Below are positions 18,131 to 27,544 of a DNA stretch of 32,000 nt, piece after piece. How positions within the stretch are numbered: the stretch's first letter is position 1; each line of letters starts with the position of its first letter. Position numbers and translations under genes: made by a program. This DNA comes from Opitutales bacterium (GTDB lineage: Bacteria; Verrucomicrobiota; Verrucomicrobiia; Opitutales; UBA9783): the NCBI GenBank assembly GCA_024407725.1, contig JAKSVZ010000008.1:5264-37263 (forward strand), written 5' to 3'. The notes below the pieces were generated by a model. It had not been told where the DNA came from, did not search any database, and worked only from the letters and a program-made list of their open reading frames with translations.

Positions 18131-18939
18131 TGATACAAACGCGCATTAAAAGTTCGATTGTCATCTGGGGAACCTTGCTTGCTTTAATACTTGCATTCAA
18201 GTCCTTTGGCCTCCTTTTAGCAACGCTACTAATCGCTTTTTGTGCTATCACGGAATACAATCAAATTACTCAAGTAAATCCGTTAACCGGACGAGTTACC
18301 ACCATCCTCTCGTTAGTATTTTTATTAATCTACTACACCTGCGCTCATTGCCCAAGCACCTCAATCGATTGGTTGTACCTAGGGGTAATTGGGCTTTTAT
18401 GCCATTGGCACTTATTCGTGGAACCCTCCGCAAGAACGTTTTTTCTGTCTCTGTTCCAATTCCTTTATATTCCGTTTAATTTGCACTTTTTCATCAAAAT
18501 TATCGAGCATTACCAATGGTCGTCTCAGGGAATATGGGTTATCGGCTGGCTCGTCTGCATCACAAAAATTACCGATGTCGGTGGATATTTCATTGGAACC
18601 CATTTTGGGAAAACTCCCCTTGCGCCTTCCGTAAGCCCACACAAAACCGTTGAGGGAATCTATGGCGGATTTATATTCGCCATCATCACCAGCTGGCTCT
18701 ATCGTGCGTTTTTTGGCGCTCATTTACCCGCGATGCATTGGATAACATCCTTGGGCTTTACCTTAATCCTTTCTTGGATCAGCATTCTGTCCGACCTAAT
18801 AGAATCGCTCATCAAACGTTACTTTTCGGTCAAAGATTCCAGTCAATTGCTACCGGGCATCGGAGGCATTTTAGATTTAGTAGACAGCCTGCTATTAAGC
18901 ATCCCCTTAGCTTATTTCCTCATCAAACACTTTTTCTAA
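18127..18939 (+). CDS. cdsA: Phosphatidate cytidylyltransferase family protein (CdsA) with an atypical signature
   Basis: 270 aa polytopic membrane protein with ATGA overlap to uppS. The C-terminal signature SLIKRYFSVKDSSQLLPGIGGILDLVDS matches the CdsA pattern except H->I and R->L. Confidence 0.8.
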   Translation: MMIQTRIKSSIVIWGTLLALILAFKSFGLLLATLLIAFCAITEYNQITQVNPLTGRVTTILSLVFLLIYYTCAHCPSTSIDWLYLGVIGLLCHWHLFVEPSARTFFLSLFQFLYIPFNLHFFIKIIEHYQWSSQGIWVIGWLVCITKITDVGGYFIGTHFGKTPLAPSVSPHKTVEGIYGGFIFAIITSWLYRAFFGAHLPAMHWITSLGFTLILSWISILSDLIESLIKRYFSVKDSSQLLPGIGGILDLVDSLLLSIPLAYFLIKHFF

Positions 18940-18998
18940 ATTCAATCGCTAGTTGATTGACATTAGGCTTGGATTTTTATCCAATAAAGCACAGTTAA

Positions 18999-19073
18999 GC
19001 TTTCGTCGTTCAATGGATAGGACTTCGGCCTCCGGAGCCGACGATTCGGGTTCGAGTCCCGACGAAAGCGCCA
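18999..19073 (+). tRNA. tRNA-Arg (anticodon CCG), CCA encoded
   Basis: Hand-folded cloverleaf. Acceptor GCTTTCG/CGAAAGC, D stem GTTC/GGAC, anticodon stem TCGGC/GCCGA with loop CTCCGGA. The variable loop is 4 nt. T arm TCGGG-TTCGAGT-CCCGA, discriminator G, then CCA. Total 75 nt. Confidence 0.9.
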
Positions 19074-19100
19074 AAAATAAGCCTAAAAACCCAAAGCGGC

Positions 19101-20828
19101 TTACTTCACTTCCATCAATTTTTTAAGCGATTGCATTTCGTCATTAGCGCCCAACCAATTACCCCAAATAAAATTCCACAAGGCCACGGAAAGCCGCACT
19201 TGGATAACGTACTCTGTTGGGTTTTTGTAAAATTGTTTTATCTGAATCGGGTTATTCGAAACACTGGAAAAGCTTTTATCAAAATAATCGGCCACAGAAA
19301 CTGCTGGAGCGTAAGAACGGGTCGACAAGTTCGGATGATCTGACAAATAATCCAGTCCGTTTTTCAAATCCTGAAGTTTTTTGGCAACAATCACATACTG
19401 TTTGTACACGCTAAAAAACGCAAAGGGTTGATTGCTTCGTTCCGAACGGTCGCTTAGCCCATAAATAGGATAGGTACGGTACGTTAGAACTTGCTGCTTT
19501 ATGCACAAAAACGGTTGTACCGAGGCATTAGGAGCAATGCCCCCTACGCGCGCCATATAAGGATTCCATGTATGTTCGATAAACTGGTCTACCGACTGAA
19601 TCACCTTTGTGCTGGCCAAACTGGGCATAAATTGCGTTTCCAACACCTCAACCATGCGGTCATCACTCAATACAAACCGTTGGTCATTGCCTGTAAAAAC
19701 CTCATTGCACGTTCTCAGGATGCCTTGAACAATGGGATAAAGCATCTGAGCTTTCGCATGGCAGTGTTTAACCACCCGATCGTTCGAAGCCTTTGCGATA
19801 CGCTCCAACCTGCTGTAACAGTTATCTAAATACTGCCTTAATCCATCGAAATTCAAGTGATTGCTTTCGTAAATCGTACAATCCATGAATTTTGATAAGG
19901 AGCGATGAGAAGCCACCCGATTAGAATCATGCTGAAAATAACGCCCTAAGGGGGTATGGGGTTCGGCAGAAAAGCTGCTTTCGAGGGTTATGTATTCCCC
20001 ATCTTGTTCAAAACGACACGTACAGCGCAATCCATCTTGGATAAAAGTATCGAATAGTGCCTGAAGCATAGGAAACGGAGCTAATTGCCTGACTGCATCC
20101 ATAACAACCTCACAATGCACACCGTTCGCGCATCCCCCGTAACGTTTTAGGTCGGTTAAGCCATCAGGTAAATCTTTCACCCATGCGTCCGATCCATAAA
20201 CATAAAGCTGATAATCATCGTTCTGCTTCGACCCTTGTGCCCGCAACGTATAACCGGCTATGGGGGTCAAAGCTAGCGTACGAATCACCTGACTTTCTGG
20301 CTGAGCCTTAAACACAAATACTGGTTCCAAGCCCCAAGTCATACTGGGAAACAAATGCACACAGCAAGCCGTTTCTGAATCCAAACCAACATAAGGCTCA
20401 CTGCCCAAAAATCCCGTTAATACAAACGGCGCAACCAATTCAGTTCCGGGCAACACTAGATCTGCAAACTTAAGCAATTGCTTAACGCCGTCCTGCAAAT
20501 TGCGGCTGTACACCGTAACAATGGGCTTTCGCGGTAATTGAGCATAACGCTCGAAAAAGCGCATCGCACCATCATAAATCAGCCCTTCCCAGTCGATTGT
20601 CGCGTACCACGATACGTTAAACGGCACCCTGAGCTCTTTTTGCGAAAAAACGCTAAGGCCCGAATAAACCCAATCATTTTTGGCAATAACGGGAAGTTGT
20701 ACGCTTTGCGCCTGCTTTTGAAGAACAAGGGAGGGTCGTTCTATCAACCGCACACGTTCGTGACCCACAGAAGCTGGTTGGTAGGTACATACAATCAAAC
20801 TAAGTAAATAGGCAAATAATTCGTCCAC
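19101..20828 (-). CDS. Hypothetical protein, 575 aa, no recognisable domain
   Basis: Long uninterrupted ORF whose codon usage looks like its neighbours. It has a short N-terminal hydrophobic stretch (LFAYLLSLIVCTY). I could find no catalytic or family motif. Confidence 0.6.
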   Translation of the reverse strand: MDELFAYLLSLIVCTYQPASVGHERVRLIERPSLVLQKQAQSVQLPVIAKNDWVYSGLSVFSQKELRVPFNVSWYATIDWEGLIYDGAMRFFERYAQLPRKPIVTVYSRNLQDGVKQLLKFADLVLPGTELVAPFVLTGFLGSEPYVGLDSETACCVHLFPSMTWGLEPVFVFKAQPESQVIRTLALTPIAGYTLRAQGSKQNDDYQLYVYGSDAWVKDLPDGLTDLKRYGGCANGVHCEVVMDAVRQLAPFPMLQALFDTFIQDGLRCTCRFEQDGEYITLESSFSAEPHTPLGRYFQHDSNRVASHRSLSKFMDCTIYESNHLNFDGLRQYLDNCYSRLERIAKASNDRVVKHCHAKAQMLYPIVQGILRTCNEVFTGNDQRFVLSDDRMVEVLETQFMPSLASTKVIQSVDQFIEHTWNPYMARVGGIAPNASVQPFLCIKQQVLTYRTYPIYGLSDRSERSNQPFAFFSVYKQYVIVAKKLQDLKNGLDYLSDHPNLSTRSYAPAVSVADYFDKSFSSVSNNPIQIKQFYKNPTEYVIQVRLSVALWNFIWGNWLGANDEMQSLKKLMEVK

Positions 20829-20994
20829 AATTTAACAACTAAACGCTTTAGGAAGATTAACTTTTTACCCAAAGTGTAAGCTATCAACATGCCAAACGCA
20901 ACCACGAAAGGGATTAGCTTCGTTCAAAAGCACATTAAAACCAACTATAAGGCTGGACGTGCTTACAAATTTCATTCATAGTAAAGCCAAAGCT

Positions 20995-23643
20995 ATGAAT
21001 GAACAGCGTTGTTTAGGGAAATCCTATCTGCACGATAGCATTCAAAACAAGTGGAATCAGCGTTGGCAAGAGGAACATTGCTTCGAATTTAAAGCAGGCT
21101 CTTCACAACCAACTTTTACCGTTTTAATGCCCCCTCCAAACATTACTGGCATCCTGCATATGGGGCACACGCTTAACGCCACCCTGCAGGACATTCTCTG
21201 CCGCTGGGAACGCCTTCAAGGGAAAAACGTTCTTTGGATTCCTGGGACCGATCATTCCGGTATCGCAACGCAAACCAAGGTAGAAAAAATCCTAAAAGCA
21301 GAATCAGGCGTCACCCGTCAACAATTAGGACGCACAGCCTTTTTGGAACGCGTCGAGCAATGGCGCGAAAAACATGGCACTATCATTTTTGAACAACTCA
21401 AAACCTTAGGGGTTTCTTGTGATTGGACGAAAGCGATCTATACCCTAGACCCTGAATACAGCCAACTCGTACAAAGCACCTTTGTTAAGCTTTACGAGCG
21501 CGGGTACATCTACAAAGGTAAACGCTTGGTCAATTGGTGTCCGGTGTCGCAAACCGCTCTCAGTGATGAAGAAGTGTTGATGAAACCAACCGAAGGTAAA
21601 TTGTATACCGTACGTTACGCGTTGGTAGAACATCCGGATCGCTTTATTGAAATTGCTACAACACGACCTGAAACTATCATGGGAGATACCGCCATTGCAG
21701 TTCATCCCGATGACCCACGTTATACAAAGCTCATTGGGTGTCACGTACGCTGCCCCTTCGATGCTCAACGCACAATCCCCGTTATTGGAGATGCTGCTGT
21801 AGAACAAGATTTTGGTACAGGAGCCTTAAAAATCACCCCTGCGCACGACCCAACCGACTTTGAAGTCGGTAAGCGCCACCAATTGCCGTTCATTGAAGTA
21901 ATCGATGCAAGCGGTCACATTAACCAACAAGGCGCGCCGTTCGAAGGAATGGATCGCATGGAAGCAAGACAAGCTGTTGTTGATGCTTTGCGAGAAAAGG
22001 GGCTATTGGTTAAAGAAGAGGCTTATAATCATTCGGTAGGGTATTCCGAACGCGCAAATGTACCAATTGAACCCCGTTTATCGGAACAATGGTTTTTGCG
22101 TTATCCCAAAACCGAAGAAGCAAAAAAACTTGCGACCCAAAGCTTGATTCAATTTATTCCTGAGCACTGGATTAAAACTTATCTGCATTGGCTCGATAAC
22201 CTGCAAGATTGGTGCATCAGCCGTCAATTGTGGTGGGGGCATCGCATACCCGTTTGGTACAACAAACAGGAACCAACGCGCCTACATGTTTCGGTTACGC
22301 CGCCCAGCGACCCCGATAATTGGATTCAGGATCCTGATGTGCTGGATACGTGGTTTTCCTCATGGTTATGGCCTATTGGTACCCTAAAATGCCATTCAAC
22401 CGCCACCATGGATTTACTGAAGTTAGCGCTACCAACCAACATTTTGGTATCCGGCTCCGACATCCTATTTTTCTGGATTACGCGCATGCTCATCGCCACA
22501 TTGGAATTGCTGGAAGATAGACCCATAGAACAACGTATTCCGTTCAAAAAAATCTATTTAACCGGTATTGTGCGCGATTCCTTAGGCCGCAAAATGTCGA
22601 AAAGCCTAGGTAATTCGCCCGACCCTGTTGATTTAATCCATAAATACGGGGCAGATGGCGTGCGCATCGGCTTAATTTCGATTGCTCCTCAAGGGCTCGA
22701 TATCCGCTTTGACGAACAGGCGCTGGTTCAAGGGCGCAATTTCTGCACTAAATTATGGAATGCCTGCCGTTACCGCACCTTGCAAAGCGCATGCGGTTGC
22801 TATAACACCTTGGATGATTATTTCACGGCGATTTCAGCCCATAACTTATCGCTTTACGACCGTCATTTACTGCATCAACTTTCGAAGCTCATAAAGGCTC
22901 ATGTTGCGTATTTCCAACAATGTGCGTTTACGCCAGCCATCAAAGCCTTGCAGCAAGGATTCCGCGACCTGTTTTGCGATTGGTACCTAGAGGTTCAAAA
23001 GCAACAATCGGCGCCTAATTTCCCAGTTCAGGACCTGTTTTTACGCCAAATTCTTCTGTTGCTCCATCCCTATGCTCCTTATGTGACCGAAGAGCTTTGG
23101 GAACAGCTACAGTTAGGTGATGGCTTAATTCACACAGCAGAACTTGGTTTGGAGCGCGTTGAACAATGGATTCAAACGCTCAACGCTCCTCATACGCAGG
23201 CTATTGATTCTATCGAATGCTTACGTCAGTTGGTAGGCGAACTGCGGTCATTTAAATCGGAACAGAATGTACAATCGCCGGTTATTTATGGCATTTTGAA
23301 TGAAAATTATGCGTCTTTGTGCCAGCAACAACAGGCATTAATCATAAAACTCGTTGGTCTTAAAGACCTACAGTGGATTTCCAAACCCCTACAGGGAGCC
23401 GCACAAAAGGTATTAACCAGCGGAAGCTTTTTCATTGAATCGAACACGGTTAATGAATCGCTGAACACAGAACAAATTCAGCAATCCATTGCAACGCTAA
23501 CCCTGCACATTCAAACGGCGAACCAAAAGCTTAACAATCAGCAGTTCTTAGCTCACGCTCCGAAAGCAGTTATTGAGGGAGTTCAGCGCCAACTCGACGA
23601 AAACCGTAAGAAGTTAGAAGCGTTACAAAAGCTCTTAGGCTAA
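20995..23643 (+). CDS. valS: Valyl-tRNA synthetase
   Basis: HIGH as PPPNITGILHMGH and KMSKS present, with the CP1 editing domain and the C-terminal coiled coil. ATG at 20995 is collinear with ValRS N-termini. GTG at 20959, preceded by TAAGG, is an alternative start. Confidence 0.95.
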   Translation: MNEQRCLGKSYLHDSIQNKWNQRWQEEHCFEFKAGSSQPTFTVLMPPPNITGILHMGHTLNATLQDILCRWERLQGKNVLWIPGTDHSGIATQTKVEKILKAESGVTRQQLGRTAFLERVEQWREKHGTIIFEQLKTLGVSCDWTKAIYTLDPEYSQLVQSTFVKLYERGYIYKGKRLVNWCPVSQTALSDEEVLMKPTEGKLYTVRYALVEHPDRFIEIATTRPETIMGDTAIAVHPDDPRYTKLIGCHVRCPFDAQRTIPVIGDAAVEQDFGTGALKITPAHDPTDFEVGKRHQLPFIEVIDASGHINQQGAPFEGMDRMEARQAVVDALREKGLLVKEEAYNHSVGYSERANVPIEPRLSEQWFLRYPKTEEAKKLATQSLIQFIPEHWIKTYLHWLDNLQDWCISRQLWWGHRIPVWYNKQEPTRLHVSVTPPSDPDNWIQDPDVLDTWFSSWLWPIGTLKCHSTATMDLLKLALPTNILVSGSDILFFWITRMLIATLELLEDRPIEQRIPFKKIYLTGIVRDSLGRKMSKSLGNSPDPVDLIHKYGADGVRIGLISIAPQGLDIRFDEQALVQGRNFCTKLWNACRYRTLQSACGCYNTLDDYFTAISAHNLSLYDRHLLHQLSKLIKAHVAYFQQCAFTPAIKALQQGFRDLFCDWYLEVQKQQSAPNFPVQDLFLRQILLLLHPYAPYVTEELWEQLQLGDGLIHTAELGLERVEQWIQTLNAPHTQAIDSIECLRQLVGELRSFKSEQNVQSPVIYGILNENYASLCQQQQALIIKLVGLKDLQWISKPLQGAAQKVLTSGSFFIESNTVNESLNTEQIQQSIATLTLHIQTANQKLNNQQFLAHAPKAVIEGVQRQLDENRKKLEALQKLLG

Positions 23644-23695
23644 AGCCTATTTTGGGCTTGCCAAAGCAAAGGCTGGACGCTTGGATAAGAATATA

Positions 23696-24949
23696 ATGGA
23701 TCGTTCTTTGCTGCAACGTATTGTTATTACCGGTGTTGGGTTAACCGCGCCTAATGGCAATTCTCTAACCGAGTTCCGCAAACATTTATTGGAAGGGTAT
23801 TCCCGTATTCAGCGCATCGACATGCGTTATATGGGTCTTGTGCTCGCCGGCGTATGCGCTTTCAACGCAAACGAATATCAAACCAACAAGGAAGTACGCA
23901 TTGGAACGCGCGCAGGGTCTATTGGAATTTATTGCGCCCACAAAGCGCTTGAAGATAGCAAGTTGGAGCTAGAACAATTGGATCGCAGCCGCATTGGAAC
24001 CTATATCGGTATTACCGAACATGGCAATGTGGAAACGGAAAATGAGGTATACGAAATTTCAAAGTTTGGTTACGATACCAAGTTTTGGAACCATCACCAT
24101 AATCCGCGTACGGTTGCTAACAACCCAGCCGGTGAAATTTCAATCAATTTAGGCATTACAGGCCCTCATTATACCATCGGTGGAGCTTGCGCCGGAGGCA
24201 ACCTTGGAATCATTCAAGGGGTACAAATGCTCCGGTTGAATGAAGTCGATATAGCGCTGGTCGGTGGAGTCAGTGAAAGCATTCATACCTTTGGTATTTT
24301 TGCTGGATTTAAAAGCCAAGGAGCGTTAGCCGAACATGCTGATCCCAACAAAGCCAGCCGTCCATTCGATGATGCACGCAATGGAATTGTTATTAGCGAA
24401 GGCGGATGCATTTTTATCTTAGAGCGTTTGGAATCCGCACTCAAGCGCCAAGCCCCAATTTATGGGGAAATAGTAGGCTATGGAGTCAATTCTGACGCAG
24501 ATAATACGGTGCTTCCCAACAGCCAACGTCAAGCGGAATGCATTCAGTTAGCCTTAGCAAAAGCCAATTTAAAGCCATCGGATATTGATATTGTTAATAC
24601 CCACGCTACTTCAACGGTTTTGGGCGACCGCAAAGAATGTGAAGCGTTAAGGCACGTATTTGCAGAAGCCCCCAACACGCATTTTAACAACACAAAAAGT
24701 TTTATAGGTCATACCATGGGAGCAGCAGGTGCGCTCGAATTGGCAGGCAACTTGCCTTCTTTTGAAGATAAGCAGGTACATCCTACCATCAACGTTGAAC
24801 ACTTGGATCCAGCCTGTAACCTAAACAATTTAGTCATAAACCAACCGAAATCTTTACCCGCAGTTAACACCATTCTTAACAATTCTTTTGGCATGATGGG
24901 AATTAACTCGGTGGTTATTGTTCGGCGTTGTGACTCCAATTCTTTTTAA
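23696..24949 (+). CDS. Beta-ketoacyl-ACP synthase, KAS I/II (FabF/FabB-like, Cys-His-His)
   Basis: RIVITGVGLTAPNG, active-site Cys in TIGGACAGG, His in VNTHATST and IGHTMGAAG, and ASRPFDDARNGIVISEGG. TTG at 23681 is an alternative start. Confidence 0.85.
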   Translation: MDRSLLQRIVITGVGLTAPNGNSLTEFRKHLLEGYSRIQRIDMRYMGLVLAGVCAFNANEYQTNKEVRIGTRAGSIGIYCAHKALEDSKLELEQLDRSRIGTYIGITEHGNVETENEVYEISKFGYDTKFWNHHHNPRTVANNPAGEISINLGITGPHYTIGGACAGGNLGIIQGVQMLRLNEVDIALVGGVSESIHTFGIFAGFKSQGALAEHADPNKASRPFDDARNGIVISEGGCIFILERLESALKRQAPIYGEIVGYGVNSDADNTVLPNSQRQAECIQLALAKANLKPSDIDIVNTHATSTVLGDRKECEALRHVFAEAPNTHFNNTKSFIGHTMGAAGALELAGNLPSFEDKQVHPTINVEHLDPACNLNNLVINQPKSLPAVNTILNNSFGMMGINSVVIVRRCDSNSF

Positions 24950-24955
24950 TTAACT

Positions 24956-25207
24956 ATGGAAAAAGACGTACGCCAAATAATCATTGATATTATCACTACG
25001 ATTGCTCCTGACGCAGACACATCTAACTTAAATGATGAACTTCCCTTGCGCGATCAACTAGGATTAGACTCCATGGACTTCTTGGATATTGTGCTGGAAC
25101 TTAGAAAACAATACGGAATTGATGTTCCAGAAAGCGATTACAAGCAACTCGAAACCTTAGCTTCTTGCGTTGCTTATTTAACGCCCAAATTCAACGCTAA
25201 GCATTAA
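24956..25207 (+). CDS. Acyl carrier protein (PP-binding), not the housekeeping AcpP type
   Basis: 83 aa. The phosphopantetheine-attachment motif is LGLDSMDFLDIVLEL. It starts 6 nt after the ketosynthase stop. Confidence 0.8.
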   Translation: MEKDVRQIIIDIITTIAPDADTSNLNDELPLRDQLGLDSMDFLDIVLELRKQYGIDVPESDYKQLETLASCVAYLTPKFNAKH

Positions 25208-26517
25208 TCTTTAAAATCTTCTTCAGCTGCTTGCATGAGCGCTTGCAGCTGTTCCGCACACTCTTGTTGAGTGCTGCTTTCCACCAAAAAACGCAATTTG
25301 TTCTCGGTACCCGAATAACGGATATGGATGCGTTTTGCCGATGTTAAGCGTTCGCGCAGCTTGTTTAAATGGCTCAATTGCTCTAACGGAAGCTTTTGCT
25401 TAACCGGCAATGAAGCTTCTGCCTTAGGGCACAAATGAATTTGCTGCGCGCGTTGATATAACGGTTGCTGCTGAGCTAACGTTAACAGGCGCAACAGCAC
25501 CCGCAAACCATCCCCAGTTGGAGCTTCATCTTTCAAAATAATATGGCCTGACGATTCGCCGCCTAAATTTCCCCCCACTGATTCCAGTGCATAAAACACC
25601 TCTCGGTCGCCAATTCCACATTGGATAGTCTCAATTCCCAACGAACGTAAGGAATCGCTCAGCCCTGAATTACTTTGTTCGGTACACACCAAACAGTTAT
25701 TTTTCAGCTGATGATGGGCAAAAGCATCGATTGCCAATAATCCCAACACGCAATCGCCATCCAACAACGACCCTTGTTCATCAATCACCCGCAAACGATC
25801 CCCATCGCCATCCTGAGCAAACCCGAGCCATGCTTTTGAATCCACTACCGCTTTACGTAATCCCTCTACATGCTCACTGCCACACTGCTCATTAATATTG
25901 CGGCCATTGGGGTCATTGCCCAATGAGACAACCTCTAGCCCCAAATAACGCAGCAAAGGCAAGGTAGTAAAAACCGTAGCACCATTGGCGGTATCCAACA
26001 CAATTTTACGCCCCGCAAACGCATTGGAAGTTAATCGCTGCTTCCAATAAGCCAACACATAGTCACTACCCGATACCGTTTGAATGACCGAACAACGGGT
26101 GTTTTGAAACCTTAAGCCTTCCGCCACCTGCTCAATGGCTTGCTCCGACAAACGCGATAATTTAGCACCGTTCCCACCAAACAACTTAAAGCCATTGTCG
26201 GTATAAGGATTATGAGAAGCGGTAATCGCTACCCCTAGCGCCATTTTTTCATGCTCTACATAAAGCGAAATACCGGGGGTTGGCGTTATACCTAAGAAAA
26301 CAATACGCGCATTTGCACCCATTCCATCCGCAAACGCTTGCGCTAACGCTGGGCCTGATTCACGTGTATCCCAGCCGACAGCTAGCTTTAATGGCAGCCC
26401 TTGATTCATCAACCAAGCGCGGCACGCTTGACCTAAAAGATTGAATCCTTCTGGGGTAATCGGAAACTGCCCTACTTGGCTGCGAATCCCATCGGTTCCG
26501 AACGCAATGCGATTCAT
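25204..26517 (-). CDS. glmM: Phosphoglucosamine mutase
   Basis: N-terminal FGTDGIRSQVGQFPITPE and phosphoserine loop ITASHNPYTDNGFK (GlmM-type DNG). It also has DGDGDR and GGESSGH motifs. ATGA-type overlap with accA upstream. Confidence 0.85.
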   Translation of the reverse strand: MNRIAFGTDGIRSQVGQFPITPEGFNLLGQACRAWLMNQGLPLKLAVGWDTRESGPALAQAFADGMGANARIVFLGITPTPGISLYVEHEKMALGVAITASHNPYTDNGFKLFGGNGAKLSRLSEQAIEQVAEGLRFQNTRCSVIQTVSGSDYVLAYWKQRLTSNAFAGRKIVLDTANGATVFTTLPLLRYLGLEVVSLGNDPNGRNINEQCGSEHVEGLRKAVVDSKAWLGFAQDGDGDRLRVIDEQGSLLDGDCVLGLLAIDAFAHHQLKNNCLVCTEQSNSGLSDSLRSLGIETIQCGIGDREVFYALESVGGNLGGESSGHIILKDEAPTGDGLRVLLRLLTLAQQQPLYQRAQQIHLCPKAEASLPVKQKLPLEQLSHLNKLRERLTSAKRIHIRYSGTENKLRFLVESSTQQECAEQLQALMQAAEEDFKD

Positions 26518-27482
26518 GCTTGTTCTTTAAAAACACCCATTGAACGGAACTTAGCAAAACGTTGCGCCAATAAGGTAGCGGTCGATAGCCTTTTTAACGC
26601 CTTTAATTCGCGATCAAGCACGGTTTTAATCGATTGCGCACACGCTTGTACATCGGTATGAGCACCCCCTAAGGGTTCTTCAATAATCCCATCAATCACC
26701 CCAAGCTTTTTCAAATCAGATGCGGACAACTTTAATGCTTCAGCAGCCTCAGGCGTCTTAGAAACATCTTTCCACAAAATCGAAGCACAACCTTCAGGAG
26801 AAATGACAGAATAATACGCATTTTCCAATACAAACACGCGATCCGCTACCCCGATTCCCAAAGCACCCCCTGAGCCGCCTTCGCCAATAACAACAGCAAC
26901 AATGGGTACCTTGATTTGTATCATCTCCCGCAAATTAACCGCAATTGCTTCGGCTATCTGCCGTTCTTCTGCTTCAATCCCCGGAAAAGCCCCAGGAGTA
27001 TCAATAAAAGCAACAATCGGAAGCGAAAACCGTTCCGCCAACTGCATAAGCCGCAGCGCCTTGCGATAACCTTCCGGATTAGGACAGCCAAAGTTACGAT
27101 AAATATTTTCCTTCAGACTACGCCCCTTTTGTTGCCCCAAAATCATCACTGGCTGCTTTTGGAAAAATCCCATGCCGCCAATTAAGGCAGGGTCATCTCC
27201 AAAATGCCGATCTCCATGCAACTCCTGAAAGTCATTAAACAGCAGCTGTATGTAATCCAACGCATACGGACGTTGCGGATGACGCGCCAACTTAACCCGT
27301 TGCCAAGGCGTTAAATGCGTATAAATACTCTTTTTGGTTTCCTCAATTTTACGTTCAATAGCCTGCAGTTCTGCATCCATCGATGTACCGCTTGTTTCTG
27401 ACAATTGCTTTAACTGCTCCAGTTGTGCTTGAAGGGCTACTAACGGTTGCTCAAAATCTAAGGTATAGCTTGCAGAATCCAT
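26514..27482 (-). CDS. accA: Acetyl-CoA carboxylase carboxyltransferase alpha subunit
   Basis: LTPWQRVKLARHPQRPY, FIDTPGAFPG..AEERQIAEAIA and VIGEGGSGGALGIG are canonical AccA motifs. Length is 322 aa. Confidence 0.95.
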   Translation of the reverse strand: MDSASYTLDFEQPLVALQAQLEQLKQLSETSGTSMDAELQAIERKIEETKKSIYTHLTPWQRVKLARHPQRPYALDYIQLLFNDFQELHGDRHFGDDPALIGGMGFFQKQPVMILGQQKGRSLKENIYRNFGCPNPEGYRKALRLMQLAERFSLPIVAFIDTPGAFPGIEAEERQIAEAIAVNLREMIQIKVPIVAVVIGEGGSGGALGIGVADRVFVLENAYYSVISPEGCASILWKDVSKTPEAAEALKLSASDLKKLGVIDGIIEEPLGGAHTDVQACAQSIKTVLDRELKALKRLSTATLLAQRFAKFRSMGVFKEQA

Positions 27483-27509
27483 TTCACCAAAAAATAAAAA
27501 AGATTACTC

Positions 27510-27540
27510 CAATAAAACAGGCTATTTTTCAACAAATAGC
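27510..27540 (-). terminator. Candidate intrinsic terminator after the GT2 gene
   Basis: On the minus strand the sequence reads GCTATTT-gttgaa-AAATAGC, a 7-bp stem with a 6-nt loop. It starts 4 nt after the stop and is followed by CTGTTTTATT. The stem is AT-rich, so it is weak. Confidence 0.4.
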
Positions 27541-27544
27541 AACC

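Noticed and set aside
20949-20959. The identical 11-mer AAGGCTGGACG occurs just upstream of valS (20949-20959) and of the ketosynthase (23669-23679). In each case its AAGG lies 6-8 nt before the alternative GTG/TTG start picked by the ORF track. I considered a shared regulatory or translation-initiation element, and also a sigma-54 type promoter.
   Set aside because: In 32 kb, roughly a hundred identical 11-mer pairs are expected by chance (about N^2/2 divided by 4^11). Similarity does not extend convincingly beyond the 11-mer. The GG/GC spacing does not fit the sigma-54 -24/-12 consensus. The motif does leave the start codons of both genes somewhat ambiguous.
20889-20981. A 30-codon upstream ORF (MPNATTKGISFVQKHIKTNYKAGRAYKFHS) ends 13 nt before the valS ATG. 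I considered a leader peptide or a small basic protein.
   Set aside because: It has no Shine-Dalgarno sequence, no run of Val codons that would suggest attenuation, and no recognisable family. It cannot be supported from a single sequence.
21445-21807. Antisense or alternate-frame ORFs lie inside well-supported genes. Examples are 21445-21807 and 22326-22547 in valS, 18412-18723 and 18240-18634 in cdsA, 19131-19829 and 20538-20807 in the 575-aa ORF, 16575-16835 in aspS, and 26916-27185 in accA.
   Set aside because: They lie entirely within genes that have strong family motifs in another frame or strand. They have no motifs of their own, and their sizes are typical of chance ORFs.
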